DNA of 64,000 nt from Lama glama (taxonomy: Eukaryota). This document shows, piece after piece, positions 25,550 to 38,649 of this stretch. The notes beneath the pieces are model-generated. The model was given only the letters and a program-made list of their open reading frames with translations. It made no database searches and had not been told where the DNA came from. The stretch lies in contig CM052816.1 in assembly GCA_028534125.1 (NCBI GenBank), positions 12,402,001-12,466,000 on the forward strand, in the 5' to 3' direction. Made by a program: the position numbers and the translations under genes. Each line of letters begins with the position of its first letter. Within the stretch, counting starts at the first letter, position 1.

Positions 25550-25870
25550 AAATGTCTACTGCTCTTTTGAGGCTGTGTGCATTAAATCAATAAATCGTCA
25601 CGCAAAATCCCATGCATCATCTCTGTTTCACAGGTTGAGGAAACAGGATCTCTGGAAAGGTAAAAAATGAAAGCTATCAAGACACTTAAGTTGAAATCCT
25701 GGCCCCACTACCTTCTGGCTGTCTGATATTGGGCAGATCAGGTAACTTAACCTCTCTGTCTTGTAAGTAATGTAGGAATACCAATATTTACTGCATCGAG
25801 CTATGATGAGGACCAAATGACAGAAAGTTGTAAAGGTAGCTAGTGAATAATAGATCCACAATAAATGTTA
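25550..25870. mobile_element. Two MIR fragments in opposite orientation
   Basis: ttcacaggttgaggaaac (minus copy), then gggcagatcaggtaacttaacctctctgtc (plus copy). Confidence 0.55.
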
Positions 25871-26388
25871 TTTTCCCCCTCCTTTGTAAAACAAAGTTCT
25901 AAATTTATTCAATAACTTGCCTAGGGTCCCCCAGCAAGTCCTGTGCGTCTCAAAGGGAGTCCGGGTTCTCTGAGCCTGGGCACTGTTTCCTTCCCATGTT
26001 TCTCACTGTCTGCTCCTGCACGGGGTGGTTTCAGCTGAGTGGCTCCTCTTCGAGATTCTTCCATCTGATCTCACAAGGAGCTTGGACAAGGAGCTGCCAA
26101 ACTGCCTCATTGGAATAATCAACTTACTGGTTTCCCACAAGACTGCCTTGGGTGATATATTTTTAATAATTTTGGTGTCCACCCAATGTATGTCTGTGCC
26201 CCCACTCCACAACAAGGTGCCAGTCCACCTGAATAATGTGAGTTTTGCAACTCAAATCATCACAGAATGAACTAAACGATCAAGGAAACATCCTTAAGGA
26301 TGAAGAAAATTTGTCGAGGTCTGTTCATCTAGATACCCGTTTGGAGGCCTGAGGCAAAACTAACCCCTCCTGCAAGGCGTGCGCAAGC

Positions 26389-26407
26389 GCACACACACAC
26401 ACACACG

Positions 26408-26438
<31 letters not shown>

Positions 26439-26452
26439 ACACACACACACAC
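26389..26452. repeat. Interrupted (CA)n/(CG) microsatellite
   Basis: Seen directly; long alternating purine-pyrimidine tract. Confidence 0.95.
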
Positions 26453-26465
26453 TCTTATCCGATCT

Positions 26466-26669
26466 TATCAGCATCTCAACTGACACTTCAGACTGGATAC
26501 TGCCTTGTCCTGGGTGCTGTCTCCGGCATTGTAGGAGGTTAAGCAGCATCCCTGGCCTCTACCCACTAGATGCCAGTAGCAAGCCTTCCCTCATCCAACC
26601 ACCATGAACTTCTCCAGACACTGCAAAAGTCCCCTGGGGGGCAAACGTAGCTCCAAGTGAAAACCACTG
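26466..26669. mobile_element. MER20 (hAT-Charlie)
   Basis: gcattgtaggaggttaagcagcatccctggcctctacccactagatgccagtagca...aaaccactg. Confidence 0.85.
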
Positions 26670-27449
26670 GCTTACATGATTTTAAAGGGCCTTCTGAGCA
26701 CTAGATTTTCTCAGAGTCCACCTCCCTGCTACAACTCAGAGCAGAGGGGACTGTGGAGCAGATGGGTGAGCCTGTATGTCACCAATCCTTCTTTTCTACA
26801 TTTCTGCCATGGGCTGGCCTGAGACCTGGGATGGCTCTGAGTATTCGAATGATGACTCTTGGCTTTTGTATGAGATGAGCAGCTCACTGGGCGCCAGGGG
26901 TGTGATACTTCCGAACAGAATTTCCTTACAGGATGACCCATGGGTCTCAGTCAATACTAATCTCCCTTTCCGTTTTTCCCCTTTCTAATTCTCAAATAAA
27001 CATGTAACTCTGTAGCAAAAGAAGGGAGGTGGTGGGGACCGTGAGCCTAAACGAAGGTGATTCCCTTTCACTTACTGAATAGAGTTTAGTATATTGGAAG
27101 TTTGGGAAGGAAAATTAGTAAAAGAAACCAATTAAGCCCCTCCACCAAAAAAAAAAAAAAAAAAAGAAAGAAATCTGAAGTTAGCAAAACCCAATTTATT
27201 TTACAAAAATATACGATTTACCTTAAAAACAACTCCCTCCTGAATAAACACTAAATTTTAACAGAACTTACCTCTGTAGGATGGAGTTGCAGTGGTCTTT
27301 CCCTTTATAGTTGTACATTTTGATTCGGGGGGTTTAACTGTAACAAATATACATTATATGGATTTAGGATCTTTTAAAACAAAGGTCAGGAGGGCATAGA
27401 TCAAAATGGTATTAGTAATCGATGCTTTATCTGTTCTCCAAATGTTCTA

Positions 27450-28360
27450 AAACATATGGCACTGCTTTATCATGTTTATTCAACTCCGTTATCAAAGTTT
27501 ATTTCTTGACCATCTACGTCAAGAAACAGAACATCATTGACGGTCCAGAAGCCCTCGCACTCCATCCCCTGTCACTACCCACCTGCTCCTCCTGAACGGG
27601 AACCGCTGTGCTGATTCCTCACTGCAGAGCCTAGCTCTGTGTGGAATATTGCATAAACAGATTCACCCAGTATATATTCTTGTTTGTATCCAATCTATTA
27701 TGGAAGGGTTATGTTATTTCCAGTGTGGAATTTTTACTGATATTTAACGAATAATGCTGAAACAGCACAAAACACATTGACCAGCAGCTTAAACTAGTTT
27801 ATCCTCCTTAACTAGGTTGTTGATTAATCAAACTTCGAATTATTTTATGGCAACAGCACTGCCAATGCATGTGTTCAGGATGGGAACCTGCATCTACAGG
27901 ATGACCCTGGAACCAAGAATCTTCAGTCTACAGAACTTAACAGAAACACTGCCACTGGAGCCCATGGCGAAGCAAGAAGTCCTTCAAGGAAAATCTGCCT
28001 TCCAGAAGCACAAGTATCTTATTATGGACTGACTCAAGAGTAGCCATTCAGCTTCCAAATTTGAAATATCCTGAACCCCTTAAATTTCACCCCTAACTCT
28101 GGATCAAGGAAACAGATCTGAGCTGTGCCTTGTGGCTCCTTGCTGGTTGACTTTGCAATAAAGCTTTCTCTTTTCTCAAAATCGGATGCCATGGTATTGG
28201 CTTCTGGGTGTGTTGTGCAGCAAACCCTGTTTTGGAAACAGTGCTAAAAAGATTTCCAAATTAACTGTGCTGCTGTATCCTCTTGCCAGTAGTATATGTG
28301 AGTTCCCACTGCTCTACATACTTGCCAACATTCAGTATAGTCAGTCTTTTAAACATTAAC
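27450..28360. mobile_element. Ancient antisense L1ME fragment interrupted by an ERV-class solo LTR (LTR 3' end at 28240)
   Basis: LTR tail gcaataaagctttctcttttctcaaaa...gccatggtattggcttct...aaaca; flanks agtatatgtgagttccc...ctacatacttgccaaca are L1 antisense. Confidence 0.55.
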
Positions 28361-28763
28361 ATTTAAAACAAACTAATATTATTAATAAAAGACAATGCTT
28401 CCTAAAATTCAGTTTTATGAAATATCAAAATACGTTATAAACCAGAAACAAAAGTTACCACATGGCTTTTACAGACTCATCCCTATAAAATTAACATATT
28501 AAACCTAAATAATTGATATCAATATATTAATGTGTTTTACGGTTTGGCATATACTCATGTTTTATAGCTAATTTATATTCTAAATAAATATTTTACCTAT
28601 ACGTATTATAGATATATAGTAAATACATATATACCAAGAAAGTGGGAGGCAGGGTAAAATGTTAACCATGATTATATCTGATGGTTGCAGTTATAGTCAG
28701 CTTTTATCATCTTCTTTTTGTTTATATTAGATGCAAAACTTTACATTTAAAGTTTATTGTGCA

Positions 28764-28904
28764 GGGGGGTGGGGGTAGCTCAGTAGTAGAGTGCGTGCTT
28801 AGCATGCATGAGGTGGTGAATTCAATCCCCAGTACCGCCATTAAAAATATAAACAAACAAACAAACAAACAAACAAATTACCTACCCCCCCATTTTTTTA
28901 AGTA
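28764..28904 (+). mobile_element. tRNA-derived SINE of camelid (Vic-1-like) type with 16-bp TSD
   Basis: A box tagctcagtagtaga, gcttagcatgcatgagg, B box-like gaattcaatccc, (AAAC)n, then aattacct-C-run tail. TSD taaagtttattgt(g/a)ca at 28748-28763 and 28905-28920. Confidence 0.85.
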
Positions 28905-31900
28905 TAAAGTTTATTGTACAATGTAAGGAGTTTTAAAAATTTAGTAATAAACAGTCCTCATTTAAGCACAGAGTGTCATTCCACTCACTGGTGGTATTTT
29001 TATCGCCCACCACATCACCTAAATCCGTGGCAGCACTTGGGACGAGCCACCTCTCATACGTGCTTTCACCCTCACCTCTCCGAGGCTATCTCTGCGCATT
29101 CTACCAGACCTTATAGACCAATGCCCCTCAGACTGTAATGTGCCTGTGCCACCTGGGTTCTGCTGAACTTCAGATTCCGATTCCGTAAAGGTGTAGGGGT
29201 GCTCCTGAGATTCTTTAGTTCTAACACATCCCTAGGTGATGCCAGGGCTGCTTATCCACAGCCAGACTTGAGAATTAAGCCTCCAGACCTGCCTCCCCTC
29301 ACCTCCCAGACCCTATTTTATTCCAACTCCTTGCTGCCTATTTTCTGCCTCTTTTCCGGGCTACACCGAGAAATTCCAGTAAGAGAACCAGAGCAGAAAC
29401 AGCAACAGTGTCAGGGAGGGGAAGAGCTGAAGGAAGGAAAGGTTCACGGGGTTAGGTCAAGGAAGTTGGTCCATGACAAGCATCCTGAGGTCTTGTACCT
29501 GTGGGAGATATAATTGCTGATCGCTTGTCCTTCTGTTCTGTTTCCTATGGTTTTACAGACACATGCTCAGAGCTCAGTACTCGTGTTGACTTTCTCCAGC
29601 ACTGCCCTTAAGGTTGTTGAGAAACCTACAGGGTTTCTTGGTTGTGTGTCCTGGGTATTTCAGAAGCCTCTTCTGTGCGAGTGTTTCCACTGTCTTGGGA
29701 CTAAGATGGATCTACATTGCCTGCATGTCATAAACCGGAAAATAATTAACTTCCTCATTCAAACAAGAAGACATCCCTTGTATATATTTGTTTTTGGTTG
29801 ACATTTACTTCTTAATAAAAGAATACTACCAAATATGGGGAACAACGGCACTGAACATGTTTCTATGTTATCTTGTTAACTTTTATTCTGCTTTATTTCC
29901 AGCATTTCCTCAAAACTTCATAAATATCAATGCATGGTACTCCATAGCAATACAGACCCAAGGGAAGTTGTGTTAAAGGATGGCTCTAAGAGGAAAATGA
30001 TGCAATTCTTTCCAAACCCTGACCTTTTGCTTCTGCTGTAGGAAACTTCAGGTGAACAAGCATGTTCACAGAAAACTTCAAGGTGCTAGGTGACAGACAG
30101 TGCACACTCGATCCCATTGTGAACACAGAAGCTGGGCTTTGGAAAGGGACCTGCAGGTAGCAGCTCTCTGAAGACTAGATCAGGATAATTACCATGCTAT
30201 TCATTGACTCTTGTCGAAAAAACTCTTACGCCTCAGGCACACAGACTTGATGGTTATAACGTCTCTCTTTCGGTCCCTCACACCCTCTCACATTTGTTAA
30301 TGTCAGGTGGCAGAGAGAGAAATATGTCTATCTCCTTCTTTAAAAAAAAATCTATCAGTTTATTATTTCTAGGTACTGAGGGACACACTTCCCCAGGGGT
30401 AAGGGAGAGGAAGAAAAATTTGTTATCAACTGTGCCCTTCCCCTCTCTGACTCCAATCAGTTGACTATTTGTCCGCCTTGCCAATTCCTTCCCATCTATC
30501 CACAGTGAAGAGAAAATGGGCACTTACACTGGGCATGCTGAAATCAAAGCTGCAGCCCTGGGTAATGCAGGAGGGGAATCACTGGGTGTCCTTTTCACCC
30601 CCTGGGAGGCTTGTCAGAGGTGAGGGGGAGGACAGCTGACTCATTCACAATAACTTTGGAACATCACAGTTTGGAAAGACAGAACAACATCCAACTTACC
30701 TTTATTGTTTGGGCTCTGTTAGGTAGAAGAGACGTTTTCATTCAAAGACAATCTGAAATTGTCAACTTCTGTGACCCAGGGAAGCCTCCTCTGCCCTCTC
30801 CTACCCATGTCTCCCAAGTCGGAGACCAACTAGAGCCGAAGGTTAAAAAATAATAGAGGTGGGATGGTGAAGGGTGCAGAGAAGCATCTCCTCCAAGCTC
30901 CTCGTTTACAGCTCAGGTGAGGAAACTGAGGCCTGGAAAGAAGTGTGGGCCTGGGGTGGGGATGTTGGACATGGGGTCCTGTGGTTTATTATATTAGTTT
31001 GCTCCATGTATCAGGCATCCAAAGAGAAAACAAATACGAAAAGAAAAGCAGAAATGTAGAGCTGCAGAAGTGGGGAGGGCAGGAGAGATAGAGGAAAGAA
31101 AAGCTTTATCTGGGTGAAGGACGCATGCGTTTCGTGGTTTTATGACCTGGAGGCGGCGGATTTCATTGCTTTACCTCCACCAGGGATTGCATAGGCTTGG
31201 AGAGCAGGTGTGAGCCCAGACCCAGCAGCAGAGGAAAGGCAAGTCCATTTCACTGGCTATCGTAAGTTACAGAGGGTGCTTTGTTTCTCATTACCCTGCA
31301 GGTGGGGGATGGAGAGAGAAGGAAGGAGAAAACAAGCTGAAGATGGAGTTTGGTGCCCAGACTGTCTTTCTGGAGCTTTCATGATTTGCTTGCTGAGATG
31401 AAGCAGCAAGGGCTGTCCCTGGAGATCTCGGGGGTTCTGAGCATTTGGAAAACCCGCCCTCCTGGACCTTTGCTGCTGACACATTATTATTTGTCAGCCT
31501 TGCAAGGTGAGCTTGGCTAATTTTAAGCTGTTGGTGTTCTGCCTGGCCAGGGGCTGTTACCAGCCCCCAACTGAGATAAACACCTACTGTGACTTGTCTC
31601 AGTGGCAGCTGTCATTGGGGCCGAAATTGATGTGGCTCCAGGTGTTTCGTAAGCATGGGAAGGAACGCTGCCTTTGGGTTTAAATTAGAGGGGAGGAGAA
31701 ATATTGTCTGGGAAGGTGGTGTTTTTCCCTATTTCACTACCCCTGTTTCAAAAGCTGTGATCCTTTTGATCAAGCCCTGTTCAACTCAATTTGTCAGACA
31801 GATGAGTTTTTGGACGGCGGCTGTGTGCTGTTGCTGGTTCTGTGTAACTTCCATCCTGAGATGGATGACGTCTCCCGAGGACTCCCCAAGTCTCCCCAGA

Positions 31901-33289
31901 CCCACCGTCAGTGTTCTCCTGGCCCAGTCCCTGCACACTTACCTTCCCACCCAGGCAGGCTTCAAGGAAATTAGAGGGAGCAGCCTCGTGTCCTCACCAC
32001 CCCATCACAGGGGCAGTGTTCTCGGGACCCTGGATTTGAGGAGGACCCAGCTGCTGTGCGAGGCAGATCAGTGGTCACAGATTCTTTGCGGTCTCTCTTC
32101 CTTTAAAGCTGTAGCCAGCTTTCCCTCTTGATCTGGGTCCTTCACTCTCTGTGTGCTTCTGGCACAGTGGTGGCAACACCTTTCCCTGTGGCCCGCACCT
32201 GACCGCACTGTGGCTCTGCATAAGCATTCTCTGGGGCTGTGGAGGTCACGACTTCACAAGTTCTCAACACTGGGGACTTCTCTCTAAGCTTTCTGGAGGA
32301 AAGCCCCCAGCTTCCCACACAAGAATTCATAGGAAAACTTCCTTTCCCACCCTTCCACCCTCTTGGTCCAGCTAAGCTCTTACCCCTGTGCTGGGCAGAG
32401 GGACAGCCTGGCCCAGTATCTGTGTCACGGCAGGGACTATCTCAGAAGATAGCTTCAGGAGGCCTTACGTCTGTCCTTCAGCAATCTCACGGGGTAACTG
32501 AGTCTACAGCAGGATTCCTGTCCACTGCGTCCTCACCTGTCTCCTCCTCATCCTTCAATACCTCGTTCAACTCTTTAGTTTGCGTCTGTGCTGGAAGGAG
32601 GCTGTGAATTTAGAAGAAGTTTTCCGATTAATTGATTAATGCCATTGTTGTTATCCGTCATCTACGTAAGAGGGGTTTAGGAGGAAGTGTCCTAGCCTGG
32701 GTCCATAGATGGGGCTCCAGACCTAGGACCATCACACCTTCAGCACATCCCTTCCCCTCTCTGGGTCTCAGCTTTCCTTCCTGTACAAGGAGGAGACTGG
32801 GCTAAATTAGCTTTTCCCAAAATGTGTGCCTTAGAACTAGAAGCGTCCTTAGTGAGAAAAGTCTGGGAGATACTGGGCTAAATAAAGCTCAAAAGTTCCT
32901 TTACTGTGTAGCTCCCAGGCCTTTAGATATAATAAAGAGCATTTAGACATTACAAAGAGGGGTGTGTAAAAAGGTTCTATTTCCCAAACTGCACATTGTC
33001 CAATCCCTTTCCTTTTTTCTGCACATTTCATGGGACAAGTGTTCTGAATATATTTTACAGCAGCAAAGGCTAAATTATTTCTAAATCACCCCACAAGCCG
33101 TAGAATTCCCCTTTATCCCCTGTATAATTTTTCCCTTTTGATTAAACAACATACTGAATGTTTAGCTCTATAGGCAATGCCAGAAAAGCTAAAGAGAAAA
33201 AAAAAAAGGAAAATATATTCATATATTCCGAGTACTAAAGTCAAACTCCTCGTCAGCCTGCATTTTGGATAAAACTACTACTAGTGAAT

Positions 33290-33510
33290 AGGGATTATTA
33301 AGCATCTATTTAATGTATGATACTGTGCTAAGTACTTTGGGTTTTCTAATTGAATTCTCACATGAACCTTATGAGGTGTCTATTATTTTTATTTTTTATT
33401 TTCAGATGAGGAAACTGTGGTCCAAAGAGGCTGGATCAACAGCGTAAAGCCATCTGATTAAGAAGAGGCAGCGACATGGCCTCAGCTCACTGCAGTCTCA
33501 TTCTAAGAAA
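33290..33510 (-). mobile_element. MIR SINE
   Basis: ttttcagatgaggaaactgtggtccaaagagg. Confidence 0.7.
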
Positions 33511-33708
33511 GTTAAATAACCAACTTATTCAGTCTCCCTTTTTATACCCCAGTCCAGCAAGCTGCCACAACAAACCAGAAATAAACTAATTGCAATGGTA
33601 ATTACCTTGCATCTGAAATTCTTGAGTTAGCGTGAAATAATGTTGAATCATCAGTCTCTCACGAATACTGAAAATAGATAACTATAACAACTGAATGTTA
33701 CCAAACGA

Positions 33709-33714
33709 TTTATT
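33709..33714 (-). terminator. KCTD16: Distal polyadenylation signal (AATAAA), probable end of the long KCTD16 3'UTR (~33690)
   Basis: Minus strand TGTA...AATAAAtcgtttggtaaca, followed by GU/U-rich gttgttatagttatctatttt. It ends a repeat-free UTR-like block; a MIR lies ~200 bp beyond. Confidence 0.65.
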
Positions 33715-36584
33715 ACGATTGGTGCTAAATTACAATGTATATGAAATGGAGTCATCTATGGAAACACATAAAAAATAGTTACCTATTTCTGTAATTATAT
33801 TCACACAAGGATCTGAAATATAGTTTCTGGTCTGCCTTTTAAAATATATCCACAGAATGACTTTTGCAGTTTTCACCACACAGTTTTACAATACTGATAC
33901 TGCACTTGTGTCGTTTACCATACTCTAGGAACTAAACAGAATATGAAAGCAGTTAGTAGCAAATTAATCTCTGTATATCCATCAGTGATTCCAAAGAAAA
34001 TAGCTTGTTTCCACTGGCAGTGAGACTATATATGGTAATAATTAGCATTGTCGATATTGCATACATAGATATGTATGTATATATATTTATACGTTGCTCA
34101 GGGCCATTGTTCCAGCACAAGGCAGCTGCCTTTTGGGTGGACCAATGATCGCCAAGATGGTGCGCAATTCCATTGGGACAATTAGAAGTGCTATCTTAGA
34201 TCATGTTTCTCTTGCAAAAACAAATAGGTAAGAAAGAAATACAGCAGGCTGAAATCTACAGTGTTACATACCAAGGTAAAAACAGTTACTGAGTTAGCAG
34301 AGTCACAGAAGTTTATGTATATTTTGCTATTCACAGACTGCAGACTTTTTGCTGGATAACCGAGCTGCTGGGAGTTGACAACAGGTAGACATGCATTCAT
34401 GGGAGTCCATAATTAATGATGTTTATACTGTAATAAGCACATTCATTTTTAACACAATTCAGTAAACAGATTCCTTTAAAGTTTGAGCTAAATCTGCTAT
34501 CACAATTACACACAAAAAAAGAACCTGTAAACAATTTGACATTACACTTATGTACAAGTGAACTGCATTCGAAAGGAAAAGAGGTAATTTCAGTGGGTGT
34601 CACTTGGTATACATCAGTGTGCAACAAACCAACCCAAGTCATCAAGCACTTGAATGAGGTCAGGAAAAAGGAACATGAGCAAGGCCCCAACAGATTCACC
34701 ACTCAGGGTTAGTACCAGCAAAATTCAGACTCCTCTGTCTATGGTGACATCACATTCAAAGCATCAGAGATGGATGTACGAGGAGCTTGACAGTCCCTGG
34801 CAAACGTGGTACTTGGAGATCCCCAGGTATCCCAATCAGCAGGATCTTTGTAAGTGTCAACAGTGGTGCTAATCCTATTTAAACAGGTTGGTTTAATTTG
34901 GACAAATTATGTTGTTTGTTAGATTCTACTCAGTGCTCTGCTGGATCTGAAGAGATGTGGGGAAAAGATGCTCAGGAATTCAACTGAGACCATTAGTTCA
35001 ATTCCTTCAGCCAACCCAAAGGGTCTTGATTTTACAGACCAAGTTCCTATCAGGGAAACAAGCTAGATGCCATCGCTAATCGAAGTGGTAACGCACTTAC
35101 GGTAGATCCCATTAACAGCTTTCACTGAGGCTCTGAAATGCAGCTGCTCTACGTTTCTGCTTCTCCGTGTTTCAAGTAGGATACCACTCCAGTAACTCAT
35201 GAGTCAGAAACAGGGTGATGAGGGGTTTGGGCACCCCCACTTCTCCACCCCTCATGATGTACAAAAAACATTAATCTGTCCTTTTCTAAACTAAGCAGAA
35301 TATTTTAAGCAAAATTCTCCTGATCCAACATACTTCTTTGGAATAAAAATAAAGGAAAGAAAAATGAGATGGGAACTTGAAGCCAAGGTTGGTGTTAAAC
35401 CTCTCCCTCTGCTCCAAAATTTTTTAGAAAACCAACCACTCCTTCTTAAAGTGTCCTTAAACCTAATTAGAACATTTAATTGCTACAAAATTGATTTTCT
35501 TTCCTAGGCTTTTAAGACCATATCTGCAGGGAGCCTTTGGGGAAAAAGTGAATGACCGTTCTCAATAGGTTTGCAAATGTTTCTGACTGAGCTAACCTGA
35601 CAGGTCCCTGGGAGGGAGAGTCTGTGCCTGGACTATCAGCTGAGCCAGGCTGAGCTTCTGAAGGTATGAGCTTGTGTGCAATCAACTGATCCCAAGGAGC
35701 ACCAGGGAAGCTCTGTTTGCATAGGTTGACTTAAAACACCTTTCATATTCTCCAAAATATGCAAAGCACATGGCTATGGATAAAAACATAACTTACCGTA
35801 CCTTTAAGAGTGCCCAAATTTCAGTCATTTGGTCCTATGCCTACCGGATGCCAAAACAGATAAGTAACATTTTCTTTCGTTTAACTTTTATGTTGTTCCT
35901 TCTTTGAGCAACTATTTTGGTATCTGTATAAACAGGCGTAAAGGGTTATTTGCAGGAGGCTAGAAAACGTTTGGCTATTATTACAATGTGCCCTTGAGCT
36001 TTAGTATATATTTACAATATGCATATTACAAGTTATTTACGGTAGCATTAAAATAATTAAACAGATAATGAGCCCCACCTAAAAATCATGTAAGGCCACA
36101 GGGACCCCCATGAATGATGAAGTGAAATCAATAAGGAGATAGTAAACTAACAAATAGGCAGGCGAAATACCACTGGCATGATAACCATTGGATTTATGCT
36201 GCCATAGACCTCTATTTTCTTCCTAAACATCACCACCTTTACTTGGTGGTGGTGGTGTTTTTTTTGTTGTTGTTTTGTTTTGTTTTTTAATGAACAAGTT
36301 AGACAATACATAGTTTGAAATTCCAACAAATGGTTCAAATAAGAAAGCCAGGTTTTCCAAGTTTGGCTTTTCCTTAAATGCACTTTTGTTTGGTTTTGCA
36401 TCCACAGATGTTAAACCTAGGTATTCTAATCATATTCTCTGCACCATAGATACATACATTATACTCATAATGGAAGAGAATTTTGGAAATTAGAACTGTG
36501 TTAGACTATCTAGTAATCAAAAATAAATTATAATAATAATAAATCCCTCAAACTCAAAATTCCAGTTTCAAACTAAGATCTGCT

Positions 36585-36712
36585 TATATATGTATACAAA
36601 TGTATAGATATATTTATATACATTTAGATAGATGTACACACATATATACATATATACACAAAAATTTATACATAAACACACATACACAACACATGCACAC
36701 ACACACTCACAC
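36585..36712. repeat. (TA)n/(CA)n compound low-complexity repeat
   Basis: Seen directly. Confidence 0.8.
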
Positions 36713-37249
36713 ATTTCAGTGCAGTTTCTTTTCTCTAGCTGCCTCCCTTTTTTCCAACTTAGAACAGTAATGATGAGATGCTAGGGGCAGTCAATCATAT
36801 TCAGATTTCTGACCTGTCATGAACAAAACTTGAGATTGTTTAAAAAGCCAAAAGGTGAAAATAGCAGATTCATCCATACACACATACACATACGCGTGCG
36901 TGCATACACAGACACCTGTCTTACCCCTAGTGAAATCTTCCTTGGTGAACTGGAAGCTAGCTGACCGCTATGGGTTTCAGAGGGCACTGTCCTCACCATA
37001 TCTCTCTTCTATAACATCACTGCCCCTTGATCGGGCTTCTTCCATGAAGCAGTCTTTGGTAGGCAAAAGTGCCCATCCAAACCTGTCCTTTATCCCCTAG
37101 GGATGTGCATGCCTCATGGGACTTGCAACTCAAAATAGCTAGCGACTTTCAGGAAGGATTTCAGGCTGGAGTCATCCCGGCTGCCTTCTGCTTAGACTAG
37201 AAGAAACTATTAAAAGGCGAAATCCAGAAAACAGAGAGAAGAGCTTGTA

Positions 37250-37470
37250 TCATGAGGTGGTTAAGCTGTCGGCCTCTGGGGTCTAAGAAACCTTGATGAA
37301 AGCCTGTCTCTGCCCTTGTCAAGCGATGTGCTACTTTACGTTTCTGTTACTGACCTCTTCTGTAAAAAGGGGACAGTAACAGGGGCTACTTTATTAGGTC
37401 TTTATGGGATTAAATAAATAAGGTATATAAAGCTCTTAGGAGAGTTTCTGGCACATAATAATAAATCCTT
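37250..37470 (+). mobile_element. MIR SINE
   Basis: gtggttaagctg...cttctgtaaaaaggggacagtaac...ctggcacata. Confidence 0.65.
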
Positions 37471-38439
37471 CGTATATATTATTTGTAACTTGATATTTAA
37501 ACCGTAAATCTACAAAGTGGATCGGAACTACACACAGGATAATGTCAGCCTAGGATCTGGATGAATTCAAGCTCGACCACCCAAGTTCTAGTCCCTAGTA
37601 GACGACAATGCTTATCACAGTAAACTGGGCCCTAAATGAACACATGAACAAATGAATAGGCAAATGACTAACGTAAACTCTCTGGGTCTTCAGGTTCCCT
37701 TGTATGACATGGGGGAGAATAATCTGACCTTTATTCTATCACTGGGAGGTTAGCATGTTAGATTAAAAGAAAAATGTCAAATTCTTTAAGACACAAAACC
37801 TGTTTCGAGTGAAATAAGGCTCAGTAACCAGAGCCTGTGCCTAGACTTGTCACATCTCTGACAACAAGGGCATGGGGGCAGCTGTCTGAGTCTGAGGATC
37901 ATATTTTCCAAGATCTAAGTATCATCTTTAGTGAGGGGATATTCAACCCAAAGTAATGGAGGACACACTCAGCATTAAAGACAATGAAGTCGTTGGCCTG
38001 TTCTAAGCATTCTTGCTCCCTCTTTCCTGTTTTATTTCTGAGAGCACCTTGTTGTCTACTGTTGATCAGCTTAAAAAACATCCCTCATAGAGTCACCTAA
38101 CTTAAAATGCCCCCAAAGTGCTTCACGACAAACACATTTCGCTGCTATAAAGTTGATGACTCCACTGAAGTAGCATTTTTCCTGAGGCACAAAAAGACTT
38201 AGATAGAAGAAAGAGTCCTAGCCCACAGGCCTGCCTCATCACTACTGGAACTCTGGAAGAAAATGACACATTTTTCTCCAAATTTTAGCATTTACATCTG
38301 TATGAAGTGATAATAAATGAACACTGTACAGAATTAAGGTGATACAAATTGTTGCTGTTCATTTCATCCTATCTCTTGATCCAGAGTCTGTCTCTACATG
38401 GTTAAGAATGTCTTAGAAGATATAAGCCAACCCTTAACT

Positions 38440-38649
38440 CAGGGTTTCTCAGCCTCAGCACCATGGACATGTGGGGTTGGATAATTCTCTGTTGTGGCGT
38501 CTGTTTGGTGCATTGTGGGATATTTAGCAGCTTCCTTTTTACTCGCTGGATGCCAGTAGCACCTCTCAAATCATGAAAATCAAAAAATGTCCCCAGGCAT
38601 TGGGGAAAGTTCCCTGGGGTGCTAAATCTCCCCTGGATGCGAGTCGCTG
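38440..38649. mobile_element. MER20 (hAT-Charlie) with 8-bp TSD
   Basis: cagggtttctcagcctcagcac...gataattctctgttgtgg...gatgccagtagcacc; TSD ccttaact (38432-38439) / ccttaaat (38650-38657). Confidence 0.85.

Noticed and set aside
28764..28840. tRNA gene
   Set aside because: Degenerate stems, SINE tail and TSD show it is a tRNA-derived SINE.
31655..32607. 158-aa and 122-aa ORFs
   Set aside because: No recognisable domains or splice context; consistent with chance ORFs in GC-richer intergenic DNA.
34146..34166. CTCF site at gatcgccaagatggtgcgc
   Set aside because: Several mismatches in the CTCF core; only a YY1-like AAGATGG remains.
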